Source: a virus
Lineage: Duplodnaviria > Caudoviricetes
DNA: 64,000 bases
Direction: 5' to 3' (one strand)
IMG/VR virus record: IMGVR_UViG_3300032294_001427
Coordinates: 54-64,053 of that record
A program made the translations under genes and the position numbers. Positions 1 to 6,580 of this stretch are shown here, piece by piece; the stretch's first letter is position 1, and each line of letters opens with the position of its first letter. A model generated the notes under the pieces. It saw only the letters and a program-made list of their open reading frames with translations, was not told the origin of the DNA and ran no database searches.

Positions 1-102
1 GCTTTGGGTGTATCACTACACTTATTCTAATGAGGCTATGCCCCCAAAACCTTTGTCACAATTTTTAAAGAACTTGTGGTAAGTTAATCACCACATAAAA
101 CC

Positions 103-131
103 ATTATATAGCCATTCTTTATAAAAGTAAA
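103..131 (-). promoter_or_regulatory. sigma70-like early promoter
   Basis: Minus strand reads TTTACT followed by TATAAT, resembling the promoter at 6581-6609. Confidence 0.55.
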
Positions 132-157
132 GCATTTTTATTCTTGCCAAGAGTTCA

Positions 158-231
158 TGGTGCTCTCACCGAGAATTGAACTCGAAATTCAGTCTTACCA
201 AGACTGTGTTATACCATTTAACTATAAGAGC
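158..231 (-). tRNA. tRNA-Thr(GGT)
   Basis: Cloverleaf; anticodon arm CAGTC-TTGGTAA-GACTG; encoded CCA. Confidence 0.92.
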
Positions 232-237
232 AAGAAT

Positions 238-317
238 TGGTGCCCTCGGTGGGATTCGAACCCACATAATCAGCACTCTCAATGCTGCATGTATACCAAT
301 CATTCCATCACAAGGGC
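238..317 (-). tRNA. tRNA-Leu(GAG), short variable arm
   Basis: CAGCA-TTGAGAG-TGCTG; T arm GTGGG-TTCGAAT-CCCAC; CCA. Confidence 0.85.
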
Positions 318-330
318 AATGATCATGAAA

Positions 331-405
331 TGGTAGCCCCAGAAGGTAACGATCCTTCACCTTTCGATTATCAGTCGAATGTACAGACCTCTATACTATA
401 GGGCT
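331..405 (-). tRNA. tRNA-Ile(GAT)
   Basis: TTCGA-CTGATAA-TCGAA; CCA. Confidence 0.9.
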
Positions 406-412
406 ATAAAAA

Positions 413-487
413 TGGCACCCCTGCCAGGACTCGAACCTGGAATACGACGTTCGTAGCATCGCGTGATTTCCATTTCACTACAGGGGC
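413..487 (-). tRNA. tRNA-Arg(ACG)
   Basis: CGATG-CTACGAA-CGTCG; canonical T loop; CCA. Confidence 0.92.
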
Positions 488-593
488 AAAAATACGTGCG
501 GTGCAAGTAACCACCGCTCCTGCATGAACGTCTCGTTATCATGCTGCGCGTCCAGTTTTATTGAGTCCACTGGCAGACTATGCATTCAAAAAT

Positions 594-698
594 AAGTGTG
601 GTGTTTTTTCTGATGGTTATCCACAGCGACATTGAAGATTCGAACTTCTCTACCCACATCTGCAGGTGTGCGACCGTTAAACTATAAGCCTACCATCA
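594..698 (-). ncRNA. Pseudoknot-closed ncRNA with tRNA-like inner domain (copy A3)
   Basis: S1 TGATGGT/ACCATCA, S2 GTGG/CCAC, A-rich loop; inner T-arm GAAG-TTCGAAT-CTTC. Confidence 0.6.
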
Positions 699-792
699 TA
701 GATTTGCTTGTTTATACAGGTTCAAATTATTCCTGTGAAGTTGTTTAGCCTGTGTTACTTGCTATCACAGGTTTCTAGAAACTAGAAAAAAT

Positions 793-903
793 AAGTGCGG
801 TTTTTTTACGATGGTTATCCGCTGAACACATTGGAATCAAACCATTTTCTTCCACGTACATGACGCGGCGTGCTCTCATTACACTATGTGTTTCTCTCCA
901 TCA
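793..903 (-). ncRNA. Pseudoknot-closed ncRNA with tRNA-like inner domain (copy A2)
   Basis: S1 GATGG/CCATC, S2 GCGG/CCGC, A-rich loop; inner cloverleaf closed by AACACA/TGTGTT. Confidence 0.6.
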
Positions 904-912
904 TCAAAATGG

Positions 913-989
913 TTGACGGTTTTTGCTGTGGCAGGTTTTCCGCAAACTAGAATAGACAAGCCCAGTACTCTCGCCTCTAGTAACTGCCA
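913..989 (-). ncRNA. Pseudoknot-closed ncRNA (copy A1)
   Basis: S1 TGGCAG/CTGCCA, S2 GCGG/CCGT, A-rich loop; inner stem ACTAGA/TCTAGT. Confidence 0.55.
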
Positions 990-1079
990 GTTTGCTTGTT
1001 TTACAACGTCATAACCATTCGTTGTTGCTCGTCACCAGACTCACTGATCAGGTGTGCGGAATCGAACCACAGAGCAAAT

Positions 1080-1155
1080 TGGTGCCAACTGCAGGTTTCG
1101 AACCTGCCCTTCATGCTCTTCAGGCATGCACTTCCACCAGGTTAGTTTAGTTGGC
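1080..1155 (-). tRNA. tRNA-Phe(GAA)
   Basis: CATGC-CTGAAGA-GCATG; CCA. Confidence 0.92.
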
Positions 1156-1159
1156 GAAT

Positions 1160-1234
1160 TGGAGTTACGGACAGGATTTGAACCTGCATAAAAGAATTTT
1201 GCAGACTCTTGCCTAACCTTTCGGCCACCGTAAC
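1160..1234 (-). tRNA. tRNA-Cys(GCA)
   Basis: AGAGT-CTGCAAA-ATTCT; U73 plus CCA. Confidence 0.92.
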
Positions 1235-1243
1235 AAACAAGAA

Positions 1244-1356
1244 GAAACACACTCTGCCCACCATGGGCTTTTCCACCGCGCTGGCTATTGCTGCTTCGTC
1301 GTGTAGTCCCAGTTTGCCAACCGCTCAAGGCTAACGACCAATGGCGAGTGTGTTTC
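1244..1356 (-). ncRNA. Structured ncRNA closed by GAAACACACTC/GAGTGTGTTTC
   Basis: 11-bp perfect terminal stem between two tRNAs; related stem at 6174-6251. Confidence 0.55.
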
Positions 1357-1361
1357 AAAAA

Positions 1362-1437
1362 TGGTAGCAACGATTGGACTCGAACCAATGATAAACTCCG
1401 TATGAAGGAGGTGCATTTGCCGCTATGCTACGTTGCT
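1362..1437 (-). tRNA. tRNA with CAT anticodon (Met or Ile2)
   Basis: CTCC-TTCATAC-GGAG; CCA. Confidence 0.85.
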
Positions 1438-1438
1438 A

Positions 1439-1515
1439 TGGGGGGTCGGCTGGGATTCGAACCCAGATATGCAAGGATCACAACCTTGGGACTTGTCCAG
1501 TTAGTCAACCGACCC
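1439..1515 (-). tRNA. tRNA-His(GTG)
   Basis: CAAGG-TTGTGAT-CCTTG; C73 plus CCA. Confidence 0.9.
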
Positions 1516-1522
1516 ATAAAGT

Positions 1523-1595
1523 GCTCGGGATCAAGGACTCGAACCTCGACTATCTGGTTCAGAGCCAGACGATCTACCATTAATCTAATCCCGAA
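1523..1595 (-). tRNA. tRNA-Gln(CTG), CCA not encoded
   Basis: TCTGG-CTCTGAA-CCAGA; canonical D and T arms. Confidence 0.85.
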
Positions 1596-1597
1596 TA

Positions 1598-1605
1598 TAT
1601 AAATA
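1598..1605 (+). promoter_or_regulatory. T4-type late promoter TATAAATA
   Basis: Exact T4 gp55 consensus 26 nt upstream of the ORF at 1632. Confidence 0.7.
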
Positions 1606-1631
1606 TACATATAAACTTTTAGGTATCATCA

Positions 1632-2201
1632 ATGATTACATTCAAAGAATTTATTCTTGAAGCGCAAGAACACACCAGCGCGGACACTTCACTCAATCAG
1701 ATCTCTGCTGGTCTAAAACATGCTGTTGCCAAAGGATTAATTACACCGAAAACCATCAATACAGATGTTGGTGGTGGAAGATATGATGTTGGCAAAGAGC
1801 ACGTTGAAGGATCCGTAAAAGGTGCAACGCTGCACATTTATGATCCTTACAATAGATCGTCTGATCACAATGAAAAGGTACAATCTATTGCTGGTGGCAA
1901 GTCCAATTACGTTGGACTCCACAATGTGTTGAATGTAATCAAAGAACCCGAAGCAAGATTAGATGCTCTAAGAATAGTCAAATCTTTCATGGGTAAAAAT
2001 GGGACTGCACACATTACAGTCCATGAAGGCGACAAGACGGGTGATGCCCGAATGTCTAAATCTGATCGCGGAAGAGGATCATCTTGGCAGAATCATCTAC
2101 CAACTGCATCCTATGTTCCAGAAGTCTCAGCAGTATTTCCAGAAAAAGAAGGCTTCAGCGTTAATAGAAAGGGTAAGCACATTCTAGTCACTAGAATGTG
2201 A
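1632..2201 (+). CDS. Class I SAM-dependent methyltransferase with capsid-targeting-like N-terminus
   Basis: DVGGGRYD motif I, YDPY, NVLNVI; N-terminus MITFKEFILE. Confidence 0.7.
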   Translation: MITFKEFILEAQEHTSADTSLNQISAGLKHAVAKGLITPKTINTDVGGGRYDVGKEHVEGSVKGATLHIYDPYNRSSDHNEKVQSIAGGKSNYVGLHNVLNVIKEPEARLDALRIVKSFMGKNGTAHITVHEGDKTGDARMSKSDRGRGSSWQNHLPTASYVPEVSAVFPEKEGFSVNRKGKHILVTRM

Positions 2202-2203
2202 AA

Positions 2204-2704
2204 TCATTTTTCCCAAACTTTCGTGAATTCTTTTGGGATTTTATCCAGTTCTATCATAGAAATTAGATCCTTTCTTCCGTTCCTGCGGTAGAGTTTGTAT
2301 AGACAATGTTTTGCCGAATATGCAAACTCTCGCTCGACATTGATCTCGCAGTATGTCGCAAGACTCTTTCGATGGACGACGTAGAATGAATTTACAGTTT
2401 CAAACACAATGAAATCTGCGGATCCATAGAGCCAACCTTTATTTCCTTTGACATTTTTGAATTCGACAAAAACATATTTGTCTTGACTGGCACTGTCTTC
2501 GCGACTGAGTTTCTTCATCGCTTTGACATCAAATGAAAATGACTTGCCGTCTTTTCTCAAATGCACATCGATATGATTGTGTATGTTTTCATTCTGCGAC
2601 GATTCTATCGGATTGAACCCGCGTTTGAATGCAACCGCCATGAAATCATCTTCTGCTTTTTTTCCAGTTTCAATTTCATTTTGATATTTCATACAATCAA
2701 TCAC
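2204..2704 (-). CDS. PD-(D/E)XK family nuclease
   Basis: E...HID...FDVK motif and GWLYGSAD. Confidence 0.65.
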   Translation of the reverse strand: MIDCMKYQNEIETGKKAEDDFMAVAFKRGFNPIESSQNENIHNHIDVHLRKDGKSFSFDVKAMKKLSREDSASQDKYVFVEFKNVKGNKGWLYGSADFIVFETVNSFYVVHRKSLATYCEINVEREFAYSAKHCLYKLYRRNGRKDLISMIELDKIPKEFTKVWEK

Positions 2705-2716
2705 TCCGAATATAAA

Positions 2717-2791
2717 TGGCTCTCCCGCTTCGGTTCGAACGAAGATTCAGTGTTCCAAAGACACTTGTCCTACCAGTTAGACGACAGGAGA
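2717..2791 (-). tRNA. tRNA-Gln(TTG)
   Basis: AGTGT-CTTTGGA-ACACT; CCA. Confidence 0.88.
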
Positions 2792-2796
2792 ATTTA

Positions 2797-3028
2797 AGAT
2801 GCCAGCCGTCACGACTTTCTGCTGGACTCCCCGCGAAAATGCCTCTAGGCATCTTACCGTACCATCCGATGTGTGCGGGATAAAAATTAGTTGCTTCCTC
2901 TCTGCGGCGGTCACTCGTACCGCATCACGACCAAAGAGGATTGTCGTATTGCCAACGCCATTTGCACCAAATGGTAAGGTCCTAATAGGAATTACCTATC
3001 TTCTCATCCTCTGGACCAGAGTAGGGAG
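2797..3028 (-). ncRNA. Structured non-coding region (one or two ncRNAs)
   Basis: Multiple stems (AAGATGCC/GGCATCTT, TCCTCT/AGAGGA, CCATTTG/CAAATGG); no credible ORF. Confidence 0.45.
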
Positions 3029-3031
3029 TAA

Positions 3032-3694
3032 TTAGCCCCCACGCCTTTTGGTTGCTTCTCTTTTTAGTGCTGCAACCCTAATTTTTTCACTTGTCTCAGG
3101 AGATACTCCTTTTTTACCTTTATTCCAAGGAATATTCCCTTTCATCGAAAGACTTATTTTTGTCTTTCTTGATTCAGAAACAGGCGGTAGCGGTCTTTCT
3201 TCGTTTTTCTTTTTGACGCCTTCTGATATTTTACGCCTATGTTCTTCTGAAAGAGGGCTTCGTTTTTTTCCAGAAAGAGCCAAACTCACACGAGGATTTT
3301 TCTTTCCTTTTGCGAGAGAACTTCTTCCTTTAAGCGGAGAAGGTTTCCCCTTTTTTGATTCGCTGATTTTGGATCTGGTTTCTTCGGAACATTCTGTTAA
3401 GTAAAACTCTTTGCCTCCGCGACCTCTATTAATCCATTTATCATTATGAACACAATTTAGCCTTCTCAATACTTTATCTTCATACAATACAGCCTTCTCA
3501 ATTGAGGAAAAACTTTTTCTGACTTGTATTATATCTGGTTCTCCATGAAGTTTTCTAAATTCTTTAACATACTCTGACGAACTAAAGTATGTGACCCATA
3601 ATTCATCAGGATGACATGCATCGGCAAATCGAACACCATAGTACCAACGATTTAATTTGGTCCAGCCTATTAAGTATGTATATGGAGTTCTCAT
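3032..3694 (-). CDS. Free-standing homing endonuclease (GIY-YIG-like N-terminus, NUMOD3 repeats)
   Basis: PYTYLIG..WYYGVR; repeats SEETRSKISES, SEEHRRKISE, PWNKGK. Confidence 0.85.
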   Translation of the reverse strand: MRTPYTYLIGWTKLNRWYYGVRFADACHPDELWVTYFSSSEYVKEFRKLHGEPDIIQVRKSFSSIEKAVLYEDKVLRRLNCVHNDKWINRGRGGKEFYLTECSEETRSKISESKKGKPSPLKGRSSLAKGKKNPRVSLALSGKKRSPLSEEHRRKISEGVKKKNEERPLPPVSESRKTKISLSMKGNIPWNKGKKGVSPETSEKIRVAALKREATKRRGG

Positions 3695-3701
3695 AATGTA
3701 T

Positions 3702-3709
3702 TATTTATA
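3702..3709 (-). promoter_or_regulatory. T4-type late promoter TATAAATA
   Basis: Exact consensus just upstream of the endonuclease start. Confidence 0.7.
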
Positions 3710-3713
3710 CCAA

Positions 3714-3968
3714 ACTTGCGCTGGTCTTCTCATCGTCTGGGTAGACTAGCCATTGACTAGATGGCACGCAAGTCAGGCTGCAGCCACTGAAGACTATGCA
3801 TTTAACTCGGACTGTCTTTTCGCGATTTTATTCCGAGCACCCAATAAGGTTTGCTGTTTGCACTATCTGCTGCGTCTCACCTTCAGGTGTCTAGAACTGA
3901 AGTTTTCTATTGGCGCAGTTAGTCAGGCATCTAAGATCTGTACTAGCCCATCGCTTGCAAACAACAAA
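3714..3968 (-). ncRNA. Structured non-coding region (several domains)
   Basis: TTTGTTGTTTGCA/TGCAAACAGCAAA, CTCGGA/TCCGAG and CTTGCG/CGCAAG stems. Confidence 0.45.
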
Positions 3969-3970
3969 TT

Positions 3971-4048
3971 TGGTGGAGATAGTCGGATTCGAACCGACCT
4001 GTGTCCTGCGTGCAAGGCAGGTGCTCACCCCTAGCAAGCCCTATCCCC
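3971..4048 (-). tRNA. tRNA-Ala(TGC)
   Basis: CCTGC-CTTGCAC-GCAGG; G3-U70; CCA. Confidence 0.92.
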
Positions 4049-4055
4049 AAAAAAT

Positions 4056-4130
4056 TGGCTGGCGCGGGTGGGATCGAACCACCGACAGGTTGATTAACAG
4101 TCAACTGATCTACCGCTGATCTACACGCCA
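4056..4130 (-). tRNA. tRNA-Asn(GTT)
   Basis: GTTGA-CTGTTAA-TCAAC; CCA. Confidence 0.93.
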
Positions 4131-4265
4131 AAAATTGATATGGTTTTGTCGAGGACGCTTACACACGACCGTATACAGCCGTTTTCAGAATTGTCTAACC
4201 TCAACACCTCTTCTATGTAGCATGCCACATAGAAGCCTCACGAGAGTACACCATAAGGTCGCTCG

Positions 4266-4314
4266 CTGTCTGACGTTGTTATACGTTTCGTCCCTACGGA
4301 CTCATCAGAGACAG
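4266..4314 (-). ncRNA. Type I hammerhead ribozyme
   Basis: CTGTCT-CTGATGA-GTCC(GTAG)GGAC-GAAA-CGT(ATAACA)ACG-TC|AGACAG: full core, three stems, GUC cleavage triplet. Confidence 0.9.
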
Positions 4315-4317
4315 AAT

Positions 4318-4391
4318 TGGCTTCCCACTACGGTACTGCCCCGCATTCTTCAGTTTTGGAGACTGATACATCACTTTAATGCTTGTGGGAA
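4318..4391 (-). tRNA. tRNA-Trp(CCA), atypical T loop
   Basis: TCAGT-CTCCAAA-ACTGA; T loop GGCAGTA; CCA. Confidence 0.8.
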
Positions 4392-4415
4392 ATTATTTTC
4401 TTCCTATTAATTAGT

Positions 4416-4519
4416 GGATTCGGGTTGGATTCGAACCAACACAGGTGCAACTTTCATAGTGTGGCCACACTGTTTAGAAAGAGGGGCTAGCCACTTGCCC
4501 ATTACGCACATCCGACTCC
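4416..4519 (-). ncRNA. tRNA-like RNA with expanded central domain
   Basis: Acceptor-like GGAGTCGG/CCGAATCC; T arm GTTGG-TTCGAAT-CCAAC; no normal anticodon arm. Confidence 0.5.
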
Positions 4520-4528
4520 GTAGATAGA

Positions 4529-4701
4529 TTTGTGAGTGTGACGCCTCCCTCATTCGTCACCATTTTACCCATGAAACAAGGCATGCTGGGTTAGAGGTAC
4601 ATAGTGATAGCGGGTACTTGTCAGTTGCCATACTGTCGGACTCGAACCGTTGACTCACGCAGTTTTCGAGGCTGCGTTTTCGCTGCATCTATACTCACAA
4701 A
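4529..4701 (-). ncRNA. Structured ncRNA of about 170 nt with a T-arm-like hairpin
   Basis: Terminal stem TTTGTGAGTAT/ACACTCACAAA; CGG-TTCGAGT-CCG. Confidence 0.5.
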
Positions 4702-4704
4702 ACT

Positions 4705-4780
4705 TGGCGACCGTGGAAGGAATCGAACCAACCGCATTCTGATAAACGATCAGACTCCACCACCAGATGGATTCACAGTC
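4705..4780 (-). tRNA. Atypical tRNA (loop TCGTTTA, nominal GTT/Asn)
   Basis: Cloverleaf with CCA but C33 and U37 and a mismatched T stem. Confidence 0.55.
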
Positions 4781-4791
4781 AAATTAAAAAT

Positions 4792-4867
4792 TGGTGGAAT
4801 GATTGGTCAGCAACAACTAATGCCCTCACGGGTGCTCCGCTTACGCTCTTATTGCTATCGACATCCC
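4792..4867 (-). ncRNA. CCA-ended tRNA-like RNA with Ala-type acceptor
   Basis: GGGATG/CATTCC-ACCA; G3-U70; degenerate arms. Confidence 0.4.
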
Positions 4868-4875
4868 ATTGAATT

Positions 4876-4958
4876 TGGCGTCCCGCACGGGGAATTGAAC
4901 CCCTGAACTAGTATTGCACTGCCAGCGGCAGCAGGTGTACCGTCACGCTCCTTGGGAC
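4876..4958 (-). ncRNA. CCA-ended tRNA-like RNA lacking an anticodon loop
   Basis: GTCCC/GGGAC-GCCA; T arm GGGG-TTCAATT-CCCC; CTGCC-GCT-GGCAG 3-nt loop. Confidence 0.5.
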
Positions 4959-4968
4959 ATTAATCGCG

Positions 4969-5028
4969 TCCTAGAATAGCGGAGTCGAACCGCCTTCGGT
5001 GTGTACACCTATTGAGCCGCAACTAGGA
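4969..5028 (-). ncRNA. Mini tRNA-like element
   Basis: TCCTAG/CTAGGA stem plus GCGG-TTCGACT-CCGC. Confidence 0.4.
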
Positions 5029-5032
5029 AAAT

Positions 5033-5107
5033 TGGTAGGTGTGGAGAATTTCGAAATCTCGACTTCCTGGTTAAAAGCCAGTTACTCTGCCTCTGAGTTA
5101 CACACCC
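5033..5107 (-). tRNA. tRNA-Lys(TTT)
   Basis: CTGG-CTTTTAA-CCAG; CCA. Confidence 0.9.
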
Positions 5108-5118
5108 AAAAATTAGAT

Positions 5119-5246
5119 CGAGTGCACTGGAGTCGAACCAGTATCTTTTAGAGCGAGGTGTTCCGTTGCAACAGAATAGACCCTTGCACTAAACGCATGT
5201 CCGCCCTCTTACTGGCCAGATCAAGGGAACGCTCATGCTGACACTC
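5119..5246 (-). ncRNA. tRNA-like RNA of about 128 nt with expanded interior
   Basis: GAGTGT/GCACTC acceptor-like stem; ACTGG-TTCGACT-CCAGT. Confidence 0.5.
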
Positions 5247-5251
5247 AAAAT

Positions 5252-5327
5252 TGGTAGCGGATGTTGGAATCGAACCAACCTGAACAGGCTTATGAGACCT
5301 ATGAGCGCACCAGCACTCTTACCCGCA
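5252..5327 (-). tRNA. tRNA-Met(CAT), initiator-like
   Basis: TAGGT-CTCATAA-GCCTG; GCGG acceptor resembling fMet; CCA. Confidence 0.85.
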
Positions 5328-5333
5328 ATAATA

Positions 5334-5409
5334 TGGTGGGTCTAACAGGATTCGAACCTGTATCAAACTGGTTAAGAGCCAGATATAATTGCCGTTATAC
5401 GATAGACCC
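5334..5409 (-). tRNA. tRNA-Lys(CTT)
   Basis: CTGG-CTCTTAA-CCAG; CCA. Confidence 0.9.
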
Positions 5410-5421
5410 GTAATAAAATTG

Positions 5422-5580
5422 TTATATGACACCACTTGTTTTGGAGGGCAAGTGATGTCATAGTGTCGCCACTGTTACACCTGTATTTCTCATGCCACTA
5501 TTGCAGACATGCAGTTCCTTGATTACCAAGCCACCAGTTCAGGGAGGCGACACCTCCACCCATCAATTCTAATCATATAA
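5422..5580 (-). ncRNA. Candidate structured ncRNA
   Basis: Terminal TTATATGA/TCATATAA stem, internal hairpins, between tRNAs. Confidence 0.4.
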
Positions 5581-5594
5581 TTCAATGTTAAACT

Positions 5595-5669
5595 TGGCGT
5601 TCCCTACGGAATTCGAATCCGTATACTTGCATTGAAAGTGCAATATCCTAACCGTTAGATGAAGGGAAC
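5595..5669 (-). tRNA. tRNA-Glu(TTC)
   Basis: TTGCA-CTTTCAA-TGCAA; CCA. Confidence 0.92.
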
Positions 5670-5861
5670 ATAAAATTGAGCGACGGAGCGCGGCACGCTC
5701 CAAGACACTTTCTACAGCAGTCTCTCCGTCTGTGTGCCATTGGCACGATCACCGAGCCGCAACTTAACAACGATACATCAAATAATTGCTGGTTACTAAT
5801 CCAGCGTCACATTATGCTTCGGGGTGACAGTCTCCGCTGTTACGAAGTTCAGGTAACAGTC

Positions 5862-5972
5862 TGCATAAGAATGTACTGTGCAGCGTTTGCGAGGCGCATC
5901 AGTAATATGTCCCTGTTGATGTATCGGTAGACGAACATATTACGTCATTGTTACACAGTACATTCTTATGCA
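5862..5972 (-). ncRNA. ncRNA closed by a 19-bp perfect stem
   Basis: TGCATAAGAATGTACTGTG / CACAGTACATTCTTATGCA; inner GTAATATGT/ACATATTAC stem. Confidence 0.55.
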
Positions 5973-5984
5973 TCATGTTAAAAT

Positions 5985-6064
5985 TGGCGACCCTTATGGG
6001 TAACGATCCCATCTGAATATCTCGCGTGACAGGCGAGCGACCACACCATGCAGTCCCAAGAGCC
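5985..6064 (-). tRNA. tRNA-Asp(GTC)
   Basis: CTCGC-CTGTCAC-GCGAG; CCA. Confidence 0.9.
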
Positions 6065-6078
6065 ATGTTTTTAAAAAT

Positions 6079-6164
6079 TGGTGGGAAAGGAAGGATTCGA
6101 ACCTACTCAGCAAAAAGCGCCAGATTTACAGTCTGGTGTGACTCTCCAACTTCACCGCTTGCCC
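6079..6164 (-). tRNA. tRNA-Tyr(GTA)
   Basis: CCAGA-CTGTAAA-TCTGG; long variable arm; CCA. Confidence 0.92.
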
Positions 6165-6248
6165 ATATTGCAACCATATTGAAACACACTATTTTAAGGC
6201 TCACTCCATAACCCGTTGTATGCACCAGTGAGATAATGTGTTTCAATA

Positions 6249-6323
6249 TGGTGCCTCCACTCGGAATCGAACTGAGTTCTCAGGCTTACAAAACCCGTGC
6301 ATCACCATTTATGCTTTAGAGGC
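6249..6323 (-). tRNA. tRNA-Thr(TGT)
   Basis: CGGGT-TTTGTAA-GCCTG; CCA. Confidence 0.9.
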
Positions 6324-6330
6324 GAAATCT

Positions 6331-6546
6331 TGATAACTGCCCCTACTCCCGCAGTTATCGGTGGTTCCCCAACATCAGAATAGATGTATTGGAACCTTAC
6401 CCTTATCCATCAGGAGTCTTACTCGGGAAGTTATCGCCAACCCTTTCATGGTTCCTGTCCGCCCGTTTGCGAGATATTTTATAGTGCTCTCGCGCAGCCT
6501 CGTTCCGCATCAGCACTTAATGAGTAGTCTTATTTGCTACCGCATC
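6331..6546 (-). ncRNA. Structured leader RNA of the tRNA operon
   Basis: Hairpins GCGAGA/TCTCGC, GTAGC/GACTAC, GATAACTGC/GCAGTTATC between the promoter and the first tRNA. Confidence 0.4.
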
Positions 6547-6580
6547 AATATTTCGTTTCCTTTATCAACCTTATAGAACC

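Noticed and set aside
1015-1052. Second hammerhead-like stretch (CTGATCAGTGAGTC..GACGAGC)
   Set aside because: Lacks the CUGAnGA spacing and the GAAA core
2797-3968. Group I intron around the NUMOD3 endonuclease
   Set aside because: I could not find P7 or other core motifs, or an interrupted host gene or tRNA
4140-4210. Possible pistol or twister ribozyme (GGTTAG..TAAGCG)
   Set aside because: Pseudoknot pairing is mismatched and the stem order does not fit
166-6576. Short ORFs across the tRNA array
   Set aside because: They overlap tRNAs or structured RNAs and lack protein-like composition
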